Position numbers and translations under genes: made by a program. The notes beneath the pieces are model-generated. The model worked only from the letters and a program-made list of their open reading frames with translations, was not told the DNA's origin and searched no databases. A stretch of 64,000 bases of DNA from the NCBI RefSeq assembly GCF_006345805.1, contig NC_043006.1, positions 14,446,001-14,510,000 of the forward strand, read 5' to 3'. Shown here piece after piece: positions 1 to 11,594 of this stretch. Within the stretch, counting starts at the first letter, position 1. Every line of letters begins with the position of its first letter. This DNA is from Octopus sinensis (Eukaryota).

Positions 1-72
1 CATGCTTCCATGCAGTGGATCTGAACCCGAGACCACATTCTTGGGAAGCAAACATCTTAACCCACACAGCTG
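1..72 (-). mobile_element. SINE family A (tRNA head) 5' fragment
   Basis: Degraded reverse complement of the family-A head seen intact elsewhere in the window (e.g. 15131). Confidence 0.6.
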
Positions 73-795
73 CAACAACTCAGAACTTTCTTACTACTTC
101 GACCTAGATTATCATGCAGCCAGCATTCAATTTGAACTTCTGTAGGTCATGAGTAGCGCAGGCAAAGAGACATCTATCAAGTGATCCACAGTATAAAAAA
201 AGAAAAGAAAAGGAAAGAAAGAAAGAAGAATGCAGAGAAGCACTAGAAAAGGAAACGATATTGTGTCACACTATCTTATATACTGCATAACCAAAGAAAT
301 TCTGTGAGTTTCTGGCAGTTTGTCAGGATTCCCATTACCACGTTAATCATCAATGTAAATTAATATTGTAGAGAAAGTGTATGCAGCCTATAGAAGCTCA
401 ACTCGAAGTCTACATAATTGGATATTTTGTATAATAAACTAGGCTTGACAAACTTTTATGTCAGATAATTAGTTGGTTTTGTGCTAATACTTTCTGAGAC
501 CAGAGGAATGAACTTAATGAAAATCAACACCATTCTGTGGCTGATGATGGTGGTGAAGGTCGCGATGATGGTGGTGGTGTTGATAGCAGTGTGATGTTGT
601 TGCTGTTGGTGGCAGTAGTAATGACGATGATGATGATGATGGTAGTGTGGTGGTGGTGGTGTTAGGCCCTGGTTATCACTTAATGGCTGACTACTTCCTT
701 TATGCCTATAACTGTTTCTAACTTCTTTTTAACCTACACCATTTACTTACAGGTGAAGGTCGGGCTGCTGAGAGCAAAAAACATTGCAAAAGATC

Positions 796-825
<30 letters not shown>

Positions 826-830
<5 letters not shown>

Positions 831-1132
831 TGCAATGGCCCAATGGTTAGGGCAGCAGACTCGCGGTCGTAGGATCGCAGTTTCAATTCCCAGACCGGGC
901 ATTGTGAGTGTTTATTGAGCGAAAACACCTAAAAGCTCCAAGAGGCTCTGGCAGGGGGTTGTGGTGATCCCTGCTGTACTCTTTCGCCACAACTTTCTCT
1001 CACTCTTACTTCTGTTGGCCTGCTCACTTAGCCAGCAGGGTGGCATCACTTGAAGGCTAAAAAAACAATGCGAAGTGCATTGTGACCAGCGATGTGTAGC
1101 AACATCTGATAGCCTTGTCGGTCGCGGTGATC
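826..1132 (+). mobile_element. tRNA-derived SINE, family C head with 'GTGACCAGCGATGTGTAGCAAC' tail
   Basis: A/B-box-like head TGGCCCAATGGTTAGGGC...TTTCAATTCC shared with 2473 and 40436. Confidence 0.8.
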
Positions 1133-1147
1133 AATATATATATATAT

Positions 1148-1260
1148 TGGCCTGCTCGTTTAGCCAGCGGGGTGGCGTCATTTGAAAGCTAATACAATGC
1201 GAAGCGCATTGTGACCAGTGATGTGTAGCAACATCTGATAGCCTGGTCGGTCATGGTGAT

Positions 1261-1296
<36 letters not shown>

Positions 1297-2136
1297 CCGA
1301 GATCTCTGGAGATGTACTGTGACTACAAAGACCCAGGATGCTTCTGGCACCAGTTCCGCATAGCCCCTGCACATTCAAAGTACCTTGGATCCCAGAACAT
1401 CTCACTGTGCTTGAGGAGACCTGTTGAGTCAAGTGCATGTACATGAACATCGAAACAAATATCAATGGAAATAGTAGTTGTGATACCTGTGCCGGTGGCA
1501 CATAAAAAGCACCATCCGAACATGGCCGTTGCCAGCGCCACCTCGACTGGCTTCTGTGCCAGTGGCACATAAAAAGCACCATCCGAACGTGGCCGATGCC
1601 AGCGCCACCTTGGCTGGCTTCCGTGCCGGTGGCACGTTAAAAGCACCAACCGATTGTGACCGATGCCAGACCCCCCTGGCACCTGGGCAGGTGGCACGTA
1701 AAAAGCACCCACTACACTCACGAAGTGGTTGGCGTTAGGAAGGGCATCAAGCTGTAGAAACACTGCCAGATCAGACTGGAGCCTGGTGCAGCCCTGGGTT
1801 CCCGGACCCCGGTCGAACCATCCAACCCGTGCTAGCGCGGAAAACGGACGTTAAACGATGATGATGATGATGATGATGATTGGCCTGCTCGTTTAGCCAG
1901 CGGGGTGGCATCATTTGAAAGCTAAAACAAGGCAAAGCACACTGTGACCAATGATGTGTAGCAACATCTGATACCCTGGTTGGTCATGGTGATCACGGTG
2001 ATATATATATATATTGGCCTGCTCGCTTAGCCAGCGGGGTGGCATCATTTGAAAGCTAAAACAAGGCAAAGCGCATTGTGACCAGTGATGTGTAGCAACA
2101 TCTGATAGCCTGGTCGGTCACGGTGATCATGGTGAT
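1148..2136 (+). repeat. Three headless copies (1148, 1881, 2015) of the ~120-bp 3' module of the SINE at 826
   Basis: TGGCCTGCTCG...CTGATAGCCTGGTCGGTCA(T/C)GGTGATC recurs, separated by (TA)n or (GAT)n. Confidence 0.85.
1293..1880 (+). mobile_element. 5'-truncated RTE LINE 3' end
   Basis: Starts with codons DRDLWRC (cf. DRDLWKY ending the RTE ORF at 57983); 3' UTR ends GGACGTTAAAC(GAT)n like 60650-60690. Confidence 0.85.
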
Positions 2137-2194
2137 ATACATATATATATATTAGAACATACAAAGGCTAACGAGGAAGCTGCCACACAGTTCC

Positions 2195-2960
2195 TCAACC
2201 TGTTAGAAATAGCAGTCAAATCTACCTCAAATCACTTCCTACTGTCTTAATAATGAAAGGACACATTAAGATATTCCTAGATATAAAATGTTTGAAACAG
2301 CAACCAAACCTACCTCAAATCACTCATTACTGTCTTAAAATGGGAAGGACACACTGAATGAGGTGGTGCTAGGTGTAAAATGTCTGAAATAGCAGTTATA
2401 TCTACCTGAAACCATACCTACCATCTTAAAAAAAGAAAGAACACATTGAATGAGGTAATCATAGACTTAGATGTGGAGGCGCAATGGCCCACTGGTTAGG
2501 GCAGCGGACTCGCGGTCATAGGATCGCGGTTTCAATTCCCAGACCAGGCATTGTGAGTGTTTATTGAGCGAAAACACCTAAAGCTCCACGAGGCTCCGGC
2601 AGGGGATGGTGGTGATCCCTGCTGTACTCTTTCACCACAACTCTCTCTCACTCTTACTCCCTGTTTCTGTTGTACCTGTATTTCAAAGGGCCGGCCTTGT
2701 CACGCTGAATATCCCCGAGAACTACGTTAAGAGTACACGTGTCTGTGGAGTGCTCAGCCACTTACACGTTAATTTCACGAGCAGGCTGTTCCGTTGATTC
2801 GGATCAACCGGAACCCTCGTCGTCGTAACCGACGGAGTGCTTCCATCCATAGACTTAGATATAAAGTATCTGAAATAGTGACTAAATCTACCTCAAATCA
2901 CTCCTTACCATCTTAGAAAAATGAAGAGGAGAGATTGAATATCTTAGTCTGATTAAAGTT
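2195..2960 (+). repeat. Diverged ~85-90 bp tandem array (four units) of a SINE-tail-like sequence
   Basis: GAAATAGCAG..AAATCTACCTCAAATCAC recurs; same motif at 5020-5060 and 23460-23500. Confidence 0.65.
2473..2847 (+). mobile_element. Full-length SINE family C with 13-bp TSD
   Basis: TSD CATAGACTTAGAT at 2460-2472 and 2848-2860; tRNA-like head. Confidence 0.9.
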
Positions 2961-3054
2961 GGGGTGGTCACTGTTGGAATATTTTTGATTCTAAGTCTGT
3001 TCTAAATCAATATAAATAGATTGTAATAAAACAATGACAGATGCAAGTGCACAA

Positions 3055-3077
3055 CTGAACACACACACACACACACG

Positions 3078-3138
<61 letters not shown>
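3055..3138. repeat. (CA)n microsatellite
   Basis: Direct inspection. Confidence 0.95.
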
Positions 3139-3141
<3 letters not shown>

Positions 3142-3360
3142 CATCACTATGTGAGAAACAGGTGATGTAAGCTGACAAAGGATTGGCACAGCTGCCGACA
3201 TCCGACAAAGCAGATGGGGGAAATGACAACTCATTAAACAAACAGGTACACAGGCAGGTAGACTGTTCGTCAGCTTGACTTAACGATGAGCCATCAGCCA
3301 TTCAATTAACAGGATTCCCACCCATGAAATTAACTTGTAGGTGGCTGAGCATTCTGCCGA

Positions 3361-3780
3361 CATCTTTTTATCTTATATCTTTTACTTCTTTCAATCACTG
3401 GATTGTGGCCATGCTGGGGCACTGACCTGAAGGGTTTAAGTCAAATAAATCAACCAATCAACCCCCAGTACTAATTTTTTAAGCCTGGTCCTTACTCTAT
3501 CGGAACTGCTTTGTTTCATTGACGTAAACAAACCAACACTGGTTACCAAGTTACCAAGTAGGGGTGGGAAACAAGCACAACCACACATACACACACACAT
3601 ACATACACACACACAATGGGCTTCACACAGTCAATCTACCAAATTCACTCAGAAGACATTGGTTGGCTCAGGGCTATAATAAAAAAAAAAAAAACACTTG
3701 CCCCAGGTATGTGCCTTGGAACTGAACCTGAGACCACATTGGTGCAAAGTGAGCTTCTTAACCACACAGCCATACCTGCA
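3361..3780 (-). mobile_element. Degraded SINE family A
   Basis: Reverse complement of head, central domain and CCAGCATGGCCAC tail. Confidence 0.75.
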
Positions 3781-4041
3781 CCTTATTTATCTTCAATGCA
3801 ATTCTCGGAATTAGTCAGTGTAACACAAGATGACAAGGATGGCGCTTTTATAATTACAGAGGTACAGTTCAAAGAGTAAAAAAGTTACTCCTATTACTTG
3901 ACTGATACTAAAAGTAATTGGCTCTGAAAGAATTTAAAACATAGTTAACCTCAGTGGAATTTCAACTCAGTGGGCAAAACAGTGGATAGTAATATATGTA
4001 ATATATTCAAAGAGAATACAATCCATAGAATTAAGGCTATT

Positions 4042-4659
4042 TTAACCCTTCAACACTTAAACTAGACAAATCTGGCTCAAATATTCTACATTCAAACTGG
4101 CCATATCTAACCTCTCACACCTAACCTACACTAAAAATAAACAAGGTGCAGGAACGGCTGTGTGGTAAGTAGCTTGCTTACAAAAGACATGGTTCCGGGT
4201 TCAGTCCCGGTGCGTGGCACCTTGGTCAAGTGTCTTCTACTATAGCCTCGGGCCAACCAAAGCCTTGTGAATGGATTTGGTAGACGGAAACTGAAAGAAG
4301 CCTGTTGTATATATGTATATATACATGTGTGTGTGTGTGTGTGTGTGTCTGTGTTTGTCCCCCCAACATCGCTTGACAACCAATGCTGGTGTGTTTACGT
4401 CCCCGTAACTTAGTGGTTCGGCAAAAGAGACCGATATAATAAGTTCTAGGCTTACAAAGAATAAGTCCTGGGGTCGATTTGCTCGACTAAAGGCGGTGCT
4501 CCAGCATGGCCACAGTCAAATGACTGAAACAAGTAAAAGAGAAAAAGAGTAATCACATCATCGGAACCCCAAAGCTATAAGAAAATGCATGTTTAATTCA
4601 AAACAATTTGAATAAAAAGGAACTATATTTGACACAGTAACTGAACACTAAAGGATTAA
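4042..4659. mobile_element. piggyBac-like MITE interrupted by a SINE
   Basis: TTAA|CCCTT start and AAGGA|TTAA end; interior resembles 7500-7625. Confidence 0.55.
4145..4550 (+). mobile_element. Full-length SINE family A (CORE-like)
   Basis: tRNA-like A/B boxes (TGTGTGGTAAG, GGTTCAGTCCC), CORE-like CCTTGG(G/T)CAAGT motif, internal (TA)/(TG) tract, GACTGAAACAAGTAAAAGA tail. Confidence 0.9.
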
Positions 4660-4989
4660 TGAAATGCAATAAGGGGACTAGGAGTGACTGTATGAAAAAA
4701 TCCTTTTTCTCACACAGGCCCTTTTTAAAAATAAGGAAGAATTTAGTAAAATGACTGACATTATTAAACTAGTGTTTGGGGCATAAATTATCATGAAATC
4801 TTGATTGAAGGTTTTAATCCAGATTACTTTATAATGTGAAAGTTTGTAACATAAAACCCTTTTCGTGTCAAACTGAATGAGGCCATTTGGTATGAAAAAG
4901 GGTTAAGGGGTAGCACTGATTCTTGACAAAACTACAAATTTGTAAGGAGACAAGTAGTCAATGCAATCTGCTACAGCAAACAAGGGGCA

Positions 4990-5395
4990 AGCTAATGGGG
5001 CCTCTACATGGTCACTCAGCCCACTAGAAATAGCAACCAAGTCTCACTCAAATCACACCCTGCTATTTTTTTTTTTAATCGACTCGCTAGATAATGTAGT
5101 CCAGATAAACACACCACTTGAGAAAAGATAGTATGGTTAAAGTTGAAATGCCTTTAATCAAAAGTTCACTGATTCACTATTGACCTAGGACGAAACAACA
5201 ACAGATATTTATTTATTTATTTATTTAAGCCTAAAAGGGAGCTTCTACATGACTGGTCAATCAATTAGGAATAGCAATCAATTCTCAAATAATATGAAAG
5301 GGTAACTCTAAGAAAATGAAAGTGTCATGGTTAGAATGCCTTTGATAGTAGCTCTGTTCAATGAGGGTTGATCTGATGTCTTACAACAACAAATG
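4990..5395 (+). mobile_element. Two degraded copies of a SINE/LINE tail family (E)
   Basis: CTACATG..AGAAATAGCA..GAATGCCTTT..GACCT..AACAACAAC architecture occurs twice. Confidence 0.55.
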
Positions 5396-5606
5396 ACATT
5401 TGAAAGATTCTAAGATTAATGGCAAGGTTTATTTGGTACCTTTTGCAAAGACATTGACAGTAGCAATAACTGGGCACAAAGCTGGTTGTGTGGGTAAGAA
5501 ATTCACTTAGCAATCATGTAGTTTTGGGTTCAATCCAACTGCATTGCACCTTGGGAAAAGTATCTTCTACTTGCTAAATGTTGGCCAATATTTTTTGAGT
5601 AGAACT

Positions 5607-5948
5607 GAGACCCCCTTCGGTCATGAATGACCATGGGATTGCACCTAGAAAGTTACCCTCCTAGACACAAGTCCGGGCAAGGTTGTTTTATGGAAGACCA
5701 GCAGTCGCCCATGCATACCAGCCTCCCCTCTCCACGCCATCGATGTTATCCAAGGGAAAGGCAAAGGGGCCGATACAGCTTGACACCAGTGACGTCGCAA
5801 CTCATTTCTACAGCTGAGTGAACTGGAGCAACGTGAAATAAAGTGTCTTGCTCAAGAGCACAACACGCAGCCCAGTCTGGGATTTGAGCTCACAATCTCA
5901 CGATGGTAAGCTCGACACCGTAACCACTGAGCCATGCACCTTCATGCA
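5607..5948 (-). mobile_element. tRNA-derived SINE family D with 11-bp TSD
   Basis: TSD TGAGTAGAACT at 5596-5606 and 5949-5959; tRNA-like head on minus strand; related copy at 63600-63850. Confidence 0.85.
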
Positions 5949-6280
5949 TGAGTAGAACTAGCAGAGGAAAAATGTATGGAAGCCCATAAGGACGTTTGTA
6001 TGGACTATTTATGTGCATGAGTGTGAGTGTGGATGTATACATGAATGCATGCATTTCTCATTGATGTAGATGAGAGAGACACAAACATCTGATTGAAAAA
6101 ACAAAAACTTGGTGGTTTGTAAATGAGGTCCTTTGTTGATATTTGTTCTGCTCTAAGTTAGCAGACACTACCTTGTCACACTTGCTACTGGAAATGTGAG
6201 TGAAATAGAATCCAAAGCACATATTTGCAAAGTGAAATTTTAAACCACACAATTTATTTATTTAGTTTGTTAAGAAAAAT

Positions 6281-6685
6281 GTAGGAGTGGCTGTGTGGTA
6301 AGTAGCTTGCTTACCAACCACATGGTTCCAGGTTCAGTCCCACTGCGTGGTACCTTGGGCAAGTGTCTTCTACTATAGCCTCGGGCCAACCAAAGCCTTG
6401 TGATTGGATTTGGTAGACGGAAACTGAAAGAAGCCTGTTGTATCTATGTATATATATATGTGTGTGTGTATATGTTTGTGTGTCTGTGTTTGTCTCCCCC
6501 CAACATCGCTTGACAACTGATGCTGGTGTGTTTACGTCCCCGTAACTTTGCAGTTCAGCGAAAGAGACCGATAGAATAAGTACTAGGCTTACAAAGAATA
6601 AGTCCTGGGGTCGATTTGCTCAACTAAAAGGTGTGCTCCAGCATGGCCACAATCAAATGACTGAAACAAGTAAAAGAGTAAAAAG
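6281..6685 (+). mobile_element. Full-length SINE family A
   Basis: Near-identical to 4145 and 15131 copies. Confidence 0.9.
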
Positions 6686-7389
6686 TAACCATGTTTCTGC
6701 ATCCTTCACCAACATATGCTGCAATAAAAGATTCATGCAACCTACATGTATACATATAATTATAGACACACATTTATAAACATTTATGTGGGCTTCCATA
6801 CATTTTCTAATCTGAGTTCTACTCACAAGACATGACAACTCAGAGCAATAGTAAAAACATTTTCACAAGATACTGCGTAGGCCTCTGAGATGTTCCAATA
6901 TTTTATGCTTTGTGTGGGTATGTTTACTATTTGAAAAGTTGCTATTTATTTCAATATTTCCATATATGGACAATGAATAGAAATAATAGAAACATGCTAC
7001 ATAATTCCTTACAGATTAAATTTTACTCTGATTGACTCATCCCTCTGGGGAGAGTGTTACTAAATGTCTGTGCTTATATTTCATAAAAAGTGCTATGGTC
7101 TCAATTCTTAACCTACTAATGTTCTATGTAGAAAAAAAAAATCTTCCCAGAATTTCCTCCAGAATGTAATTACTGCCATCTTCAATGAAATGTCTCACTT
7201 CTTAAAATATTTAATTAATAAGTTGCAAGTTATGTCATGCTGATGATTTCCAAAAAGAAAGAAATGGTACAGTACATGATTACTAATGTCTAGGAAATTT
7301 AAGAACTCTGTATTAAGTAAATAAGAAAAAAAAATTAATTATGTAAGCTCAGAGCATCTTTTTCCTTAATTTCAAATTTCTAATCCTAC

Positions 7390-7464
7390 CTTGTACTATG
7401 ATGAAATGATTGTAATAGCTATAACCATCAGTGAAACCACGTGCATGAAGGTAGCATCTTTGCC
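7390..7464 (-). CDS. Candidate 75-nt phase 1-1 internal exon (GQRCYLHARGFTDGYSYYNHFIIVQ)
   Basis: Minus strand ATATTTTAG acceptor, AAG|GTAGGA donor, open frame; no recognisable homology. Confidence 0.15.
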
Positions 7465-7635
7465 CTAAAATATTACTTAAATATTTCTTTAGATATTACT
7501 TAATCCTTTAGCATTGAAACTGGACATATCAGACCAAAATATTCTACTTGTTTTATATTTAAGCCAGCCAGATCTGGCTTCTCACACCTACCTTGCAATG
7601 TCTCAAAATCTCGAAGCTACAAGATATCTTCTAAA

Positions 7636-7851
7636 TTTTATTTATTTCAGTCATTAGACTGCGGCCATGCTGGGCAACACCTTGAGCAATTCGTTTTAGT
7701 CAAAGGAATCGACCCCATTACTTATTTTTAAGTTAAGACTGATACTTATTCCATCAATCTCTTTGCTGAACCACTAAGTTACACTGAAATAAACACACCA
7801 ACACTGGTTGTCAAGTGGTGGTGGGAGACAAAAGCAGACACAAACACACAT

Positions 7852-7890
<39 letters not shown>

Positions 7891-8255
7891 GGGCTTCTTT
7901 CAGTTTCTTATTTCTTTATTGCCCACAAGGGGCTAAACACAGAGGGGACAAACAAGGACAGACAAAGAGATTAAGTCGATTACATCCCCGAAAGGATGAA
8001 AGGCAAAGTCGACCTCGGCAGAATTTGAACTTAGAACGTAACGGCAGACGAAATATGGCTACGCATTTCGCCCGGTGTGCTAATGTTTCTGCCAGCTCGC
8101 CACCTTTCAGTTTCTGTCTACCAAATCCATTCACAAGGCTTTGGTTGCCCTGAGGCTATAATAGAAGACACTCGTTAAAGGTAGCAGGCAGTGGGACTGA
8201 ACCTGGAACCATGTGGTTGAGAAGCAAGCTTCTTACCACACAGCCACACCTGCGC
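7636..8255 (-). mobile_element. SINE family A with nested family B
   Basis: Family A halves flank the family-B copy. Confidence 0.8.
7909..8104 (-). mobile_element. SINE family B inserted in family A
   Basis: TSD TTTCAGTTTCT at 7898-7908 and 8105-8115. Confidence 0.85.
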
Positions 8256-8535
8256 TTATGTACGATTAATTTAAAACAATGTGAATAAGTACTACTTTTG
8301 ACAGAGTAGTATAAAGTATAAAGTAGCTGAGAATTTAGTCCGGTTGTTGAACAAATTTCATAAGAATCAGATTAGAAGTTTGTTATTTTTATTTCGCTCC
8401 AAAACAGTGCTGGTGACAAGATATGAACCACTCATTCACTGGTTGATAGTCAGGCAACATACCACTCAGCCAGTAATTGATTTTTCTTGTAAATCTATTG
8501 ATCTGTGTACACTGCTGTTGTACCGGTTCACTCAC

Positions 8536-8590
8536 CCCAAATCTCGCCTTTGGTACGCAACAGCAGCAACAACAACAAAAACAACATCAT
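8536..8590 (-). CDS. Candidate signal-peptide-like exon (MMLFLLLLLLLRTKGEIW)
   Basis: ATG to GGG|GTGAGT donor; the hydrophobic run derives from a (CAA/CAG)n tract so it may be chance. Confidence 0.15.
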
Positions 8591-8733
8591 ACACGGAAAA
8601 CAAAAATCAATACTAATGAATTACTACGCTACAAGTCAACGATGGCAAAACTCTAAAATAAATTAATGAAGGCTAACAACATCAACAATAGCACACAAAA
8701 CCTTTTGGTCTTGTAAATTCCATATATCACTAT

Positions 8734-8853
8734 TAGTTTATCACATACGAAACAGTTAGTGGTTATATTTAGAATCATCATCATCAAACGATGATGATGA
8801 AGATGATGATGATTCTAAATATAACCACCAACTGCTTCGTATGTGATAAACTA
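8734..8853. repeat. Inverted repeat, 52-bp arms, 16-nt loop
   Basis: 8734-8785 vs 8802-8853, 2 mismatches. Confidence 0.95.
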
Positions 8854-9051
8854 TTCAGCTATATCTCAATTTCCCTAACAGAAGCACAGTATGGCAAGGA
8901 CCCTACCAACATGCTGTGGCAGATGGAAGACTTAAATTTCAATTAAAACAAAAAATATATCAGGAAATATTGAGTTATTTTTATAAACAGGACTAATATA
9001 TTAGAGCAGTTAATTTATTCATGCACTAGACAAACAGACAGACAGACTAGA

Positions 9052-9405
9052 TGCAGGTGTGACTGTGCGGTTATGAAGTTTGCTTCCCATCTATAGGATT
9101 TGGGGTTCAGTCCCACTGCATGGTACCTTGGGAAGGTGTCTTCTAATATAGCCCATACAGTGTGTGTGTATACATGAGTGTGCAGATATATGTGTGTGTG
9201 TGTATGTCCGTGTGTCCTTGTCTTGACATTGAGTGATAGTTATAGATGATGTATTCCAGAAGTCTGTGCAAAGTATGTCTGGCAATGGAGAAGAATTACC
9301 TTGCTTATAATAAGTGAGGGTTGTCAACAAGAAGGGAACCCAACCATAGAAAATCTGCCTCAAATTCTATCCAACCTATGCAAGCATGGACAAGTGGGTA
9401 GACTT
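9052..9405 (+). mobile_element. SINE family A head with an RTE-type tail
   Basis: Family-A head and core followed by AGAAGGG..CCAACC(T)ATGCAAGCATGG resembling the RTE 3' UTR. Confidence 0.65.
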
Positions 9406-9430
9406 ATACATACAAATATATATATATATA

Positions 9431-9855
9431 TACTAGCAGCATAGCCCGGCGTTGCCCGGGTATGTAAGAGCCCCTAGTAGGCAACGACTAATCCCAATCT
9501 AGTCCTTTCCCTCTAGGGAACGAAGGCGCATGTGTAGGTTGCAAGGTCTTCTCTTCACTCAAATACTTCTGTGTACACGATGTTCCTAGCTGTCCCTTTG
9601 GGCGATAAAAAGGTCGAGTTGTGTCCCCTAGACAGAAAATGTGTTGCATATAAAAAGCTTAGATTCTCGACCCCATGTCAAATTTATCGATTTTTTTCAG
9701 AACTGGGGGAACTTTTCAAAATTTTCGCTGCGTTAGTTTTGAATTATGACATTGAGCTATGTGTGTGTCAAGTTTCATCAGAATCGGTTGAAAGCCGTGG
9801 TCAGGGTGAGGGTACAACCTGACAGACACACAGACAGACAAACTGCCGTTTATAT

Positions 9856-9859
<4 letters not shown>
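9431..9859 (+). mobile_element. DINE-1/Helentron-like non-autonomous element
   Basis: TACTAGC start, CCCGGCGTTGCCCGGG hairpin, (GACA)n tract, TTTATATAGAT end. Confidence 0.75.
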
Positions 9860-9950
<91 letters not shown>

Positions 9951-9990
9951 TGGACAGACAAAGAAAGACATATACACACACACACACACA
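9855..9990. repeat. Compound (TA)n(GA)n(CA)n microsatellite
   Basis: Direct inspection. Confidence 0.95.
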
Positions 9991-10027
9991 CATATATATA
10001 CATGTGTGTGTGTGTTTGTCTGTTGTT

Positions 10028-10073
10028 AACACAACGTTTCGGCTGATATACCCTCCTGCCTTCAGCAGGTGTC
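10028..10073 (-). ncRNA. Minimal type I hammerhead ribozyme motif (core A6>C)
   Basis: GACAC-CTGCTGA-A-GGCAG..CAGCC-GAAAC-GTT-GTGTT. Confidence 0.6.
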
Positions 10074-10213
10074 TTGGGGAAATTTAAAACCTAGGTTATC
10101 ATTCCTAAGGTATTTTTCGATGTTGTTAGTGACCTGAACAGCAACAACAACAACGACAACGACGACGACGAAAATACCTTAGGAATGAGAGCCCAGATTC
10201 GAAATTTTCACAA

Positions 10214-10259
10214 GACACCTGATGAAGGCTGGAGGGTATATCAGCTGAAATGTTGTGTT
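10214..10259 (+). ncRNA. Minimal type I hammerhead ribozyme motif (CpG-decayed)
   Basis: GACAC-CTGATGA-A-GGCTG..CAGCT-GAAAT-GTT-GTGTT. Confidence 0.65.
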
Positions 10260-10410
10260 AACAACAAACAAGATGAGGACAAATATCCGTCAAATGTAAA
10301 CAACGTACATAATTCCTCATCTCTTAAATATAAAACTGTATTCAACTCATTTGTTCTTATATTTCATGTTGTTTACTGTTTGTGACGCCCTGTGCCTATA
10401 TATGCACATA

Positions 10411-10462
<52 letters not shown>

Positions 10463-10728
10463 CATGCATATGCATACATATATACAAATAAATAGATTCA
10501 TAAATACAAAATATATATACATATTTATTTACATGCATACACACAAATATGCACACATACACATATACACACATACAAACACACACACACATATATACAT
10601 CACGAGTAACTTAATTTAATAACGCCCTTCTCAGCATGATTACATGTAGTCAACAAGAAGTGAATTTAATCCGTGGGGTATCATATAGTCTGGTTCAACC
10701 ATTTTTATTCATTGCCCATATATGGAAA

Positions 10729-11318
10729 TAATGAAATAAACCGTAGCCTTTGCAAAAGATATAACCCATATGAAGTATAAAATAATGGAACAGCTCTGTA
10801 CAGTACTTTGGGAAAGAGACTTTAATGCTGCCACGAGCTGACCCATGCCTTATGAATAGAACTGATAGAGGGAAAAAAATGTATGGTAGTTCATATGAAT
10901 GTATATAAATATATTATGTATATGTGTGCTTGTATCTACATATATATATATATATATATATAAGGTGGTGAGCTGGCAGTCACGTTAGTGTGCCGGGCGA
11001 AATGCTTAGCGGCATTTCGTCTGTCGATACGTTCTGAGTTCAAATTCCGCCGAGGTCGACTTTGCCTTTCATCCTTTCGGGGTCAATAAATAAAGTACCA
11101 GTTTTGCACTGGGGTCGATGTAATCGACTTAATCCATTTGTCTGTCCTTGTTTGTCCCCTCTATGTTTAGCCCCTTGTGGGCAATAAAGAAATATATATA
11201 TATGTATATATTCATATGAAATACCGCTAAGCATTTTGCCCGGCATGCTAACGTGGCTGCCAGCTCGCCGCCTTAGATATATATATATAAATATAAATAT
11301 ATATGTGTGTGTGTGTGT

Positions 11319-11397
<79 letters not shown>

Positions 11398-11594
11398 CAA
11401 ACACACATATACATAATATATTATAAACATTTATATGAACTTCCATACATTTTTCCCTCTATCAGTTCTATTCATAAGGCATGGGTCAGCTTGTGGCAGC
11501 ATTTAAAGTCTCTTTCCCAAGGTACTGTACAGAACCATTCCATTATTTTATACTTCATATGGGTTATATCTTTTGCAAGGCTACAGTTTATTTC

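Larger units (their letters stand above)
10020..10340. mobile_element. Penelope-like fragment with inverted partial duplication
   Basis: 10022-10120 is the reverse complement of 10168-10264; both arms carry hammerhead motifs. Confidence 0.6.

Noticed and set aside
4145-4220. tRNA genes at SINE heads
   Set aside because: A/B boxes only; no full cloverleaf, and each continues into a SINE body.
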